A stretch of 50,956 bases of DNA from Oscillospiraceae bacterium (GTDB taxonomy: Bacteria > Bacillota > Clostridia > Oscillospirales > Oscillospiraceae), in contig JAGBAT010000001.1 in assembly GCA_017938835.1 (NCBI GenBank), forward strand, positions 1 to 50,956, written 5' to 3'. Positions 29,456 to 37,742 of the stretch are shown here, in pieces. A model generated the notes under the pieces. That model did no database searches. It was not told the origin of the DNA and saw nothing but the letters and a program-made list of their open reading frames with translations. The position numbers and the translations under genes were made by a program. How positions within the stretch are numbered: position 1 is the stretch's first letter; each line of letters opens with the position of its first letter.

Positions 29456-30323
29456 AGTCAACACCTCCCAGTTCGTAAATAAAGATCTCTTCCAGAGTCA
29501 GTGGCACAGCGTCCATAAACAGAGGCTTTGCCAGATTCAGGTAGTCGGTCAGCTCCTCCTGCTTGCCGCGGACGATGAGGGTCAGCAGCTTGCCTGTGGA
29601 GGTCTTGTGGAGAATATCCAATCCTGTAGGCAGTTCAGTGCCGTCGGGCAGCGCGATCAGGATCTTGCAGATGTTTTCCTGCATTTCGCTGAGACTGCGC
29701 TCCAGCAGCAGTTTGCCGTGATCCAGGATGCCCACGTGGTCGCAGACGTCTTCCAGCTCACGGAGATTGTGGGAAGACACCAGAACAGTTGTGTTCCGCT
29801 CTGCAATGTCTGCCATAACGAGACTCCAGACCTGACGGCGCATGACGGGGTCCAGACCGTCGATGGGTTCGTCCAGCACCATGATCTCCGGCTGCATGGC
29901 CATGCACAGCACGAAGGCGGCCTGCTTCTGCATCCCTTTGGAGAACCGGCGAATGGGACACTTGGGATCCAGCGGGAAAATCTCCAACAGTTTTTCAAAG
30001 CGCTCCCAGCTGAAATTGGGGTAGATGCCCGCGTAGAACTTTGCCATTTCCCGCATGGATGCGTTGTTGAAGTAGAACACATCATCCGGAATATAGGCAA
30101 TGCGTGCTTTGGTTTGGGGATTTTCGTAGACGGGCTGTCCGTCAATAAGGATCTCGCCTGCATCGGGGCGGTAGATACCAGTGATGTGGCGGATGATGGT
30201 GGACTTGCCGGAGCCGTTGGGGCCAACCAGACCGTATACTGCGCCGGTGGGCACGGTAAGGCTCAGATCGTCCAGTGCGGTAAAATCACCAAAGCGTTTG
30301 GTGATGCCTTTGACTTCGATCAT
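29430..30323 (-). CDS. ABC transporter ATP-binding protein
   Basis: Walker A GPNGSGKST, Walker B IMVLDEP, GGAGG RBS. Confidence 0.9.
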   Translation of the reverse strand: MIEVKGITKRFGDFTALDDLSLTVPTGAVYGLVGPNGSGKSTIIRHITGIYRPDAGEILIDGQPVYENPQTKARIAYIPDDVFYFNNASMREMAKFYAGIYPNFSWERFEKLLEIFPLDPKCPIRRFSKGMQKQAAFVLCMAMQPEIMVLDEPIDGLDPVMRRQVWSLVMADIAERNTTVLVSSHNLRELEDVCDHVGILDHGKLLLERSLSEMQENICKILIALPDGTELPTGLDILHKTSTGKLLTLIVRGKQEELTDYLNLAKPLFMDAVPLTLEEIFIYELGGVDYEVKDIIV

Positions 30324-30685
30324 ACTTGACTGCCTCCTTCCGAGATGCGGCGGATCAGGTCCTCTTTGGAGTAACCCATAAAGGTCAACTCCGTCACTGC
30401 CTCGTCCAGCTGCTTCAGCAGCGTATCGATGCGGCTCTGATCCACCTGCTTGTCAGCGGCTACGAAACTGCCCTTGCCGGGGACGGAGTAGATATAGCCC
30501 TCCGCTTCCAGCTCGCGGTAAGCCCGCTGTACTGTATTGGGGTTGATGGCCAGCTGCGCAGACAGTTCCCGCACGCTGGGCATTTTGTCGTCCGGATTCA
30601 GCACCCCTGTCAGGATCAGGCGGCGCAGCCCGAACTTCACTTGTTCGTAAATGGGACGAGGATCCCTGTAGTTGATTGCTATCAT
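30320..30685 (-). CDS. GntR family (YtrA subfamily) transcriptional regulator
   Basis: Winged HTH PSVRELSAQLAINPNTVQRAYRELEAEGYI and a short size of 121 aa. ATGA overlap with the ATPase gene. Confidence 0.9.
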   Translation of the reverse strand: MIAINYRDPRPIYEQVKFGLRRLILTGVLNPDDKMPSVRELSAQLAINPNTVQRAYRELEAEGYIYSVPGKGSFVAADKQVDQSRIDTLLKQLDEAVTELTFMGYSKEDLIRRISEGGSQV

Positions 30686-30705
30686 GATGACCCTCCTTGT
30701 GTATC

Positions 30706-30732
30706 AACTGTACTAAGTGAGTTAGTACAGTT
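30706..30732. promoter_or_regulatory. Perfect 11-bp inverted repeat operator AACTGTACTAA-N5-TTAGTACAGTT
   Basis: Read directly. It lies immediately downstream of the predicted -10 of the gntR operon promoter. Confidence 0.7.
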
Positions 30733-30734
30733 AG

Positions 30735-30763
30735 AAAATAACACGGGTGGAAGGAATTGTCAA
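30735..30763 (-). promoter_or_regulatory. Promoter TTGACA-17-TATTTT for the gntR-ABC operon
   Basis: The minus strand reads TTGACA at 30763-30758 and TATTTT at 30740-30735. Confidence 0.5.
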
Positions 30764-30789
30764 CAGAAAATTAAAGTTTTCTTTTGGAT

Positions 30790-30975
30790 AGGAAGCTGAG
30801 GACGAGAGATCCTTCGACTGCGTGGCAGAGCCGCTCCGCTCAGGATGACCGAGCGGGGCGAGCGCACACGCGGGCGGCAATCTGCCGCCCCTACGGTATT
30901 ATTTTCACTGTACACGGTCATTTCTCCTCCGCGCCTTTCATAGCCGCCCCTTCGATAAGGGGAGGTCGAATCAAA
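30790..30975 (-). repeat. GC-rich hairpin-cluster element downstream of mnmG, a member of the 3-prime intergenic repeat family
   Basis: On the minus strand it carries TGAGCGGAG (30842-30834), CACGCA (30824-30819) and AAGGAT (30814-30809), in the same order as 38672-38720. Hairpins include GGGCGGCA-ATC-TGCCGCCC and CCCCTT-CGAT-AAGGGG. Confidence 0.5.
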
Positions 30976-30979
30976 CGAC

Positions 30980-31013
30980 AAAAGAGGACGACCGTATGCA
31001 GTCGTCCTCTTTT
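30980..31013. terminator. mnmG terminator (bidirectional-looking)
   Basis: AAAAGAGGACGAC-CGTATGCA-GTCGTCCTCTTTT. Confidence 0.8.
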
Positions 31014-31028
31014 GAATATACTATGCAG

Positions 31029-32894
31029 TTATTTTTCCAAATAGACCATCAGTGCGGCGATGTCTGCAGGAGACACACCGGAAATACGGCTTGCCTGACC
31101 AAAGTTTTCGGGCCGAATGTCGTTCAGCTTCTGGCGGGCCTCCAGTCTCAGACCGGGTACGGTCTCATAGTCCAGTCCCGCAGGCAGCTTGCGCAGTTCC
31201 ATGCGGGTGAACTCTTCCACCTGCTTCATCTGCCGCTTGATGTAGCCTTCATACTGCAGGCAGATGCCCACTTCGTCCACAATGGCGCGGGGCAGAGCAG
31301 GGCGTTCGGGGTCGAACGGGGTCAGATCGCCGTAACTGATTTGCGGACGGCGGATCAGGTCTGCAAGAGAAACGCCGGACTTGGGGGGCGTGGTGCCCAG
31401 CGCGGTCAGCAGATCATTCAGCTCTTGAGTAGGCGCAATGTGGGTGCGCTCCAGACGGTCGATCTCCTGCTGCACGGTTTCGTACTTGGCTTTCACTGCG
31501 GCCAGTCGCTCGTTGGACACCAGACCGATGCTGTTGCCGATGGCGCACAGGCGTTGGTCGGCGTTGTCCTGACGGTGGATCAGGCGGTATTCGGAGCGGG
31601 AGGTCATCATACGGTAGGGCTCGTTGGTGCCCTTGGTCACCAAATCGTCGATGAGGGTGCCGATGTAACCGTCGCTGCGGCGGAGGATCATGGGATCTTT
31701 CCCCTGAATCTTCAATGCCGCATTTACGCCCGCCACAAAGCCTTGTACTGCAGCCTCTTCATAGCCGGAGGAGCCGTTGAACTGGCCTGCACCGTACAGA
31801 CCGGACACTACCTTGGTCTCCATGGTGGCATACAGCTGGGTGGGGTCTACGCAGTCATACTCGATAGCATAGGCAGGGCGGGTCATTTCCGCATGGGTCA
31901 GACCGGGGATGGTGTGCAGCATTTCCACTTGTACCTGCTCGGGCAGAGAGGAGGAGAACCCCTGAATATACAGCTCATGGGTGTTCAGACCCATGGGCTC
32001 CACAAACAGCCGATGGCGTTCCTTGTCGGGGAAGGTCATGATCTTGGTCTCAATGGAGGGACAATAACGGGGGCCAATGCCGTCAATGACACCATTATAA
32101 ATGGGGCTGCGGTCAAGGTTTTCCTTGATGATGTTGTGCGTGCGCTCATTGGTGTAGGTCAGATAGCACACAGCACTGTTGTACTGCACTTCCTCATTTT
32201 CAAAGGAGAAAGGTTCAATCTCGGTATCGCCAGCCTGCACTTCCATTTCGTCAAAGTCCACGGTGCGGGCGTTGACTCTGGGAGGCGTACCGGTCTTGAA
32301 ACGGCGCATGTTCAGACCGAGGCGTTTGCAGGTGTCAGCCAGAGGACCGGCAGCAGCCAGACCGTCGGGGCCGGATTCCTGCAGCACTTCACCGATGATG
32401 ATACGGCCCTTCAGATAAGTGCCAGTGGCAAGGATGGCAGCGTCACAGCGGTACACTGCACCGGTGTGGGTGACTACAGCAGTGACCTTGCCGTCTTCAG
32501 TCAGGATATCCACGACCTCTGCCTGCTTAATGCGGAGGTTTTCCTGATTTTCCAGCGTGAACTTCATTACATCCTGATATTTTCTGCGGTCGGCCTGTGC
32601 ACGGAGAGAATATACTGCAGGGCCTTTGCCGCGGTTGAGCATGCGGTACTGGATGCAGGCCTTGTCGGCGGCCTTTGCCATTTCACCGCCCAATGCGTCC
32701 AGTTCGCGGACCAGATGGCCCTTGCCGGTGCCGCCGATGGCGGGGTTGCAGGGCATGTTGCCCACGGCATCCATATTCACGGTAAAACAGATGGTGTCCA
32801 TGCCCATGCGTGCGGCGGCCAGCGCCGCTTCAATGCCGGCGTGACCGGCACCGATGACTGCGACCTGACAGGAACCAGCGTCGTATTGAACCAT
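31029..32894 (-). CDS. mnmG: tRNA uridine 5-carboxymethylaminomethyl modification enzyme MnmG (GidA)
   Basis: FAD motif [12 protein letters not shown] and full-length MnmG-like sequence. Confidence 0.95.
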   Translation of the reverse strand: MVQYDAGSCQVAVIGAGHAGIEAALAAARMGMDTICFTVNMDAVGNMPCNPAIGGTGKGHLVRELDALGGEMAKAADKACIQYRMLNRGKGPAVYSLRAQADRRKYQDVMKFTLENQENLRIKQAEVVDILTEDGKVTAVVTHTGAVYRCDAAILATGTYLKGRIIIGEVLQESGPDGLAAAGPLADTCKRLGLNMRRFKTGTPPRVNARTVDFDEMEVQAGDTEIEPFSFENEEVQYNSAVCYLTYTNERTHNIIKENLDRSPIYNGVIDGIGPRYCPSIETKIMTFPDKERHRLFVEPMGLNTHELYIQGFSSSLPEQVQVEMLHTIPGLTHAEMTRPAYAIEYDCVDPTQLYATMETKVVSGLYGAGQFNGSSGYEEAAVQGFVAGVNAALKIQGKDPMILRRSDGYIGTLIDDLVTKGTNEPYRMMTSRSEYRLIHRQDNADQRLCAIGNSIGLVSNERLAAVKAKYETVQQEIDRLERTHIAPTQELNDLLTALGTTPPKSGVSLADLIRRPQISYGDLTPFDPERPALPRAIVDEVGICLQYEGYIKRQMKQVEEFTRMELRKLPAGLDYETVPGLRLEARQKLNDIRPENFGQASRISGVSPADIAALMVYLEK

Positions 32895-33105
32895 ATATCG
32901 TCACCTCTATGGGAGAATTTTTGTCATCAACACTTTATTTTAGCGTGATTATATGAAATTGGCAAGGTAGAGAAATGAGAAAATGTTGGAATAATGTCTT
33001 CTCTCCTTTGGGGAGAGAAGGCTATATCTTTAACAATTCTTAAAATATTTCCATCTGTTATCTTAATCGCAAAGATGCTATGATATAGCCACGAGGTGAA
33101 AGAGA

Positions 33106-33798
33106 ATGTACAAAATTCTTGTTTGTGATGATGAGAAGGACATCGTATCCGCTCTGAATATATACCTTTCCGCTGAGGGCTATGAGGTGGTGCCGGCCTA
33201 TTCCGGCAAGCAGGCGCTGGAGATCATCCGTGACTGCCGGATCGACCTTGTGCTCATGGACATTATGATGCCCGAAATGGACGGCCTGACCGCGGTGGCC
33301 AAACTTCGGGAGATCAGCAATGTGCCTGTGCTGTTTCTGACGGCAAAGAGCGAGGATGCAGACATGATCCTTGGACTGAATATGGGGGCAGATGACTACA
33401 TCACCAAGCCGTTCAAGCCCATGGAGGTTATTGCCCGTGTCCGCAGTCATCTGCGCCGCTATACCATGCTGGGCGGTGCCCAGAAGCAGGAGACCGTGCT
33501 GCGGGTGGGAGGGATCCAGCTGGATCATGACAGCAAGACTGTTACACTGGATGGTGAGCCGGTGAGCCTGACGCCGCTGGAATACAGCATCCTGTACTAT
33601 CTCATGCGCAACCCCGGCAAGGTGTTTTCTTCCGAGCAGCTGTATCGTGAGGTCTGGGGGGATGCACCCATGGGCGGTGAGAATACCGTTGCGGTACATA
33701 TTCGTCATCTCCGAGAAAAACTGGAAATCGACCCCTCCAATCCCCGTTATCTCAAGGTGGTCTGGGGTCATGGCTATAAACTGGAGGCAATGAAATGA
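33106..33798 (+). CDS. OmpR/PhoB-family response regulator
   Basis: Receiver domain (LVLMDIMMPEMDG) and a C-terminal winged-helix domain (VWGHGYKL). Confidence 0.9.
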   Translation: MYKILVCDDEKDIVSALNIYLSAEGYEVVPAYSGKQALEIIRDCRIDLVLMDIMMPEMDGLTAVAKLREISNVPVLFLTAKSEDADMILGLNMGADDYITKPFKPMEVIARVRSHLRRYTMLGGAQKQETVLRVGGIQLDHDSKTVTLDGEPVSLTPLEYSILYYLMRNPGKVFSSEQLYREVWGDAPMGGENTVAVHIRHLREKLEIDPSNPRYLKVVWGHGYKLEAMK

Positions 33799-36347
33799 AA
33801 ACATTCAGAGCAAGTGCTTTTGTGAAGCTCATCATTGCGCTGCTGGCGATTGCGCTGCTGACAGGCTGTTTGTATTTCGGCGTGTTCGGTGTGGCCTACA
33901 CAGTCGTTGGTGCAGACGACTGGGCAGGTGCGGTGCTGAATTTGGCTATGAGCCGGCAAACACAGCAGGTCTATGACTATTATTATCTGACAGAAGAATA
34001 TGGGGGTCTCAAGGAAAAAGATATTCCCGACTGGGCAAAGGAACAGTTGGCTGCGTATGAAGCCATGTTTGATCCCGAAGTGACCAACTTCCGTTATCAG
34101 ATCACCGACGAGAACGGAAAGGTACTCTTCGGCAACTACGATGGCGAAGAATATATTGCCCGCTCCTATGACTGGGAGCAGAGATTTATCGGTACGGACG
34201 CGGAACGTCAGCAGCTCAATGCCTTTGAAAGCGGCAGAATGTATGACTACGAAAACAATGTATATCTACCGGAATTGGGATACAGCCGCTATCCGGTGGA
34301 ATATTGGGATGAGCTGCCCGAAGAATACGTGCAGTATGATGAAAACGGCTATCTATACAATGTAAACGGCGAAGCGGTTGCCAGATTGGAAAACTACAGC
34401 GAAATATTCTCTCATCTGACTGAGTCGGAAGAAGGCACGATGTCTGCAATGACGGTGGATGGTGTTGCTTACTATCCTGTTGACCGCAATGCAGCAGATA
34501 TTTCAGAGTATGCTTATTATGATGATTACGGCAATTTCTACGATGAGGATATGAACCTTATTGGCCATAGCAGCGAATCTCCGATGGTGACAAGTACACC
34601 GTCTCCGCGACCGCAAACAGATAGTGCGGATATAACCCCGCAACCTACACCGACTCCCGCTTCCAATTCAAAGTCTAGTGTGAAGCCCATCATTGTGAAG
34701 CTGAACACCTCCTTCACGGGAGAGGAATACGAGGCGCTCTACGACGAGTGCTACGAGGAATATTCCATCCGTGGGTATATTCCTACAGAAATGCCTGTGG
34801 ATGATGCGTATCATGCGCTGTATATGCGTGTGCTGCAGTATGATCTGGAAAAGGACGACTATCTGGATTCTGCCATCGGGCTTGGAATTTGCGGCCTTGT
34901 ACTGCTGCTGTTCCTGATCGTTCTGGCGGGCAAGCGCAATGAAGAAGGTCTGTATGAAGCGGCCGGTCTGGGCAGACTGCCTTGGGATCTGTGGTGCATT
35001 GTGATCGGCTGTCTGGCAATCGGTGCAGGCTGCGTAGTATATTTGGCAGCGGAGTTTACCATGGAATCCTTCCACTACGGCATGGGCGTGGATGTTGCTG
35101 TTGACTTGGATCTGCTGGATCTGGTCATCAAGGGCTGTGTTGCAGCAGTGGCTGTTTGCATGGCAGTTGTGGTCGGTACGCTGCACTCTGCTGCTGCACG
35201 CGTCAAGGTCAAAGGCTGGTGGCGCAACTGCCTGTGCGGCAAGGCTGTTGTCTGGTGCTGGGGCCTGTGCAAGAAGGCACTGAAGTGGTGCTGGAAGCTG
35301 TGGCTGCGTATCTGGCGCTGGGTCAAGGGTATGTTCCGTGGCCTCAGCGGTGCACTGAGAAAAATCCCTCTGATCTGGAAAGCAGTCGTGGTGCTGGGTG
35401 TGCTGTGGGTCATTGAAACCGTATATGTTGCTGCCTTTGTCTGGAACAGTTGGGCAGTGGTCGGCATTTTGTGGAACATTGTGAAGTTCCTTGTGTGTAT
35501 CATCATTTGCCTGATGCTCAAGCGGCTGCAGCAGGGGGCACGCACCATTGCCGACGGGGATCTGAGCTATCGCATCGACACCAAGAATCTGTTTGGGGAC
35601 TTCAAGGAGCACGCGGAATGTCTGAACCGCATTGGCGACGGTCTGAGCCACAGCGTGGATGCGCAGCTCCGCTCCGAGCGCATGAAAACGGAACTGATCA
35701 CCAACGTTTCCCACGATTTAAAAACACCCCTCACCAGCATCGTCAACTATGTTGACCTGCTGAAAAAGGAACAACTGGAAGGCACAGCGGCGGAATATGT
35801 GGAAGTACTGGACCGCCAGTCTGCACGACTGAAGAAGCTTACTGAGGATTTGGTGGAAGCATCCAAGGCATCCACCGGCAGCCTCAGTGTGAACGTTGAG
35901 CGGGTCAGTGTGACCGAGCTGATCGAGCAGGCGAGAGCGGAATATGCTCCGCGGCTGAACGAAAACGGTTTGCAGACCATCGTTCGTCAACCCGATGAGG
36001 AAGTGACAGTCTGGGCAGACGGTAAGTACGTCTGGCGCATTTTGGATAATCTGCTCAGCAACGTCTGCAAGTACGCCATGCCCAACACCCGTGTGTATCT
36101 GGAACTGCGAAAAGACGGCGACCAGGCGGTGTTGAGCGTGAAGAACATCTCCCGTGAGAGTCTGAACATCTCTGCTGATGAGCTTATGGAGCGCTTCGTC
36201 CGGGGTGACAGCTCCCGTACCACGGAAGGCAGCGGCTTGGGTCTGAGCATTGCACAGAGCCTTGCAAATCTCATGGGTGGGGAAGTGCGCATCGTTGTGG
36301 ACGGAGACCTGTTCAAAGCGGATGTGACTTTGCCGCTGGCGAAATAA
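33795..36347 (+). CDS. Sensor histidine kinase with a large extracytoplasmic domain and multiple TM helices
   Basis: H-box SHDLKTPLTSI, a HAMP-like region and an HATPase region (GSGLGLSIA). ATGA overlap with the regulator gene. Confidence 0.9.
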   Translation: MKTFRASAFVKLIIALLAIALLTGCLYFGVFGVAYTVVGADDWAGAVLNLAMSRQTQQVYDYYYLTEEYGGLKEKDIPDWAKEQLAAYEAMFDPEVTNFRYQITDENGKVLFGNYDGEEYIARSYDWEQRFIGTDAERQQLNAFESGRMYDYENNVYLPELGYSRYPVEYWDELPEEYVQYDENGYLYNVNGEAVARLENYSEIFSHLTESEEGTMSAMTVDGVAYYPVDRNAADISEYAYYDDYGNFYDEDMNLIGHSSESPMVTSTPSPRPQTDSADITPQPTPTPASNSKSSVKPIIVKLNTSFTGEEYEALYDECYEEYSIRGYIPTEMPVDDAYHALYMRVLQYDLEKDDYLDSAIGLGICGLVLLLFLIVLAGKRNEEGLYEAAGLGRLPWDLWCIVIGCLAIGAGCVVYLAAEFTMESFHYGMGVDVAVDLDLLDLVIKGCVAAVAVCMAVVVGTLHSAAARVKVKGWWRNCLCGKAVVWCWGLCKKALKWCWKLWLRIWRWVKGMFRGLSGALRKIPLIWKAVVVLGVLWVIETVYVAAFVWNSWAVVGILWNIVKFLVCIIICLMLKRLQQGARTIADGDLSYRIDTKNLFGDFKEHAECLNRIGDGLSHSVDAQLRSERMKTELITNVSHDLKTPLTSIVNYVDLLKKEQLEGTAAEYVEVLDRQSARLKKLTEDLVEASKASTGSLSVNVERVSVTELIEQARAEYAPRLNENGLQTIVRQPDEEVTVWADGKYVWRILDNLLSNVCKYAMPNTRVYLELRKDGDQAVLSVKNISRESLNISADELMERFVRGDSSRTTEGSGLGLSIAQSLANLMGGEVRIVVDGDLFKADVTLPLAK

Positions 36348-36353
36348 TATGAT

Positions 36354-36635
36354 TTCAAAGAGCCCTGCGGGGCTCTTTGTTGAGTCTGTCAAAATACTCC
36401 TACGGAGCATTTTGACAGAGACGTCCCCGCTAACACGATGGACTTGCAGCCTGCTGCAGCGCACGCATTGTTTTTCGATGAAAAACAATTTGCACGTTTG
36501 CAGGCTGAGATGTATTTTTTGCCACGCGCATGTCGCGACAAAAAATGGATCGAATCTTATTTCGTCCTTGCGGACGAAACTCTGCGAGGCGTTTTTTGAC
36601 AAGCTGTTCAAAGAGCCCTGCGGGGCTCTTTGTTG
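36354..36635 (+). repeat. Hairpin array bracketed by a perfect 29-nt direct repeat (36354-36382 and 36607-36635)
   Basis: TTCAAAGAGCCCTGCGGGGCTCTTTGTTG occurs twice. Further hairpins lie at 36388-36416, 36468-36488, 36515-36545 and 36560-36579. Confidence 0.8.
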
Positions 36636-36809
36636 TTTGCTTCGCCCTGCTCAACCGCCTCTCCTGATGAGGGAGATCGTTTAGAATGTTGCAAGGCATT
36701 GTTCATATTTTTCCACTTGCATTTCATATCATGGTCATGTATGCTATCCTCGAAGAAGTTTCGACACATTTGACCCCGCGTCGGCGGGCTGAGATAAGGA
36801 GCAAATACC

Positions 36810-37604
36810 GTGAAAATGAAAAAACTGATCGCGCTGGTGCTGTCAGTGGGGACACTGCTGACACTGTGCGCCTGCAATAAGACCGGCGGGGCGTATACTA
36901 TGGTGGATACCCTCACCGAAGGCACTTACGCCATTGCCTTCCGCAACGATGATCCGGTTGCGGACTATGTGGAAGCCGCCGTCAAGGTGCTGGCAGCCAA
37001 CGGCAAGGTGGCAGAACTGGAAGTCAAGTGGTTCAACGATTCCTGCACCGACTTTGAAAAAGATTCCAATGCGCTGGCGAAGCTGGGGGATATTCCCCAG
37101 CGTACCCTGATCATGGGGCTGGACCCCGATAATTTCCCCATGAGCTATGTCAGCAACGGGGTATATATGGGCTTTGACGTGGAGCTGTGCCGTGCCGTGT
37201 GCGACCTGCTTGGCTGGCAGCTGAAGTTTGCGGAAGTGGAAGACGAGAGCAAGGCATTCGTACATCTGAGCTCCGGCAACGCAGATGTCATCTGGGGCGG
37301 CATGATCTTTGACCCTAAGGAAACCAGCTATGATGTTCGCTGTCCCTACATGGATGGCGGCTGCGTGCTCATGGTTCTGGCGGGCAGCGGTCTGGGCAGT
37401 GAGCGCAAGCTGGCTGGCAAGAGCATCGGCATGAACGAGGCTCCCCGCTATGCCGAAGCGCTGGCTGCAACAGAGCTGAAAACCACTGCTGCGCAGATCG
37501 TTGTCGTTGAAGACGGAAATGATAGGATCTTCGACAGTCTGTACAAGGGCATCTACGATGCCATTATTACCGACTATGCTACGGCAAAGTATTATATGAG
37601 ATAA
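36810..37604 (+). CDS. Orphan family-3 (amino-acid type) solute-binding lipoprotein, apparently circularly permuted
   Basis: Lipobox LTLCAC. The SBP_bac_3-like core is MGFDVELCRAV...DAIITDY. The usual C-terminal YGIA...KWF segment is found at the N-terminus instead. GTG start with an AAGGAG RBS. Confidence 0.75.
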   Translation: MKMKKLIALVLSVGTLLTLCACNKTGGAYTMVDTLTEGTYAIAFRNDDPVADYVEAAVKVLAANGKVAELEVKWFNDSCTDFEKDSNALAKLGDIPQRTLIMGLDPDNFPMSYVSNGVYMGFDVELCRAVCDLLGWQLKFAEVEDESKAFVHLSSGNADVIWGGMIFDPKETSYDVRCPYMDGGCVLMVLAGSGLGSERKLAGKSIGMNEAPRYAEALAATELKTTAAQIVVVEDGNDRIFDSLYKGIYDAIITDYATAKYYMR

Positions 37605-37632
37605 TGAAAAGCAACAAAATTCCGTAAAATGG

Positions 37633-37668
37633 ATGGCGATTTTTGAAAAATCGCCATTCACTTTTTTT
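37633..37668 (+). terminator. Intrinsic terminator after the SBP gene
   Basis: ATGGCGATTTTT-G-AAAAATCGCCAT followed by TCACTTTTTTT. Confidence 0.8.
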
Positions 37669-37676
37669 ATTTCTAA

Positions 37677-37685
37677 TGTTATAAT
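37677..37685 (+). promoter_or_regulatory. Extended -10 TGTTATAAT upstream of the methyltransferase gene
   Basis: Read directly, about 58 nt upstream of ATG 37743. Confidence 0.5.
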
Positions 37686-37742
37686 ACAATGTCTAATTAT
37701 AAAATGGATGATTATAACGATTTTTCATGAGGTGTAAACTTT

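Noticed and set aside
30980-33105. Replication origin, because mnmG (gidA) is often near oriC.
   Set aside because: mnmG is isolated here, with no mnmE, rsmG, parAB or dnaA. I found no cluster of TTATCCACA-like DnaA boxes; only single one-mismatch sites occur, such as 46895-46903. Flanking gene orientation shows no clean strand switch.
36354-36635. CRISPR array, suggested by the identical 29-nt repeats.
   Set aside because: There are only two copies, they are separated by 224 nt (far longer than spacers), there are no cas genes, and the interval is itself repeat-like.
36664-36670. Hammerhead ribozyme core, suggested by CUGAUGA.
   Set aside because: The CTGATGA is simply the loop of a TCTCC/GGAGA hairpin. 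There is no following GAAA core or three-stem junction.
36349-36684. Track ORFs inside the hairpin array (36349-36684 plus, 36430-36699 minus, 36608-36925 minus).
   Set aside because: They have no RBS, run through consecutive palindromes, and their translations are Cys/Leu/Arg-rich nonsense. Both strands are open, which is typical of palindromic DNA.
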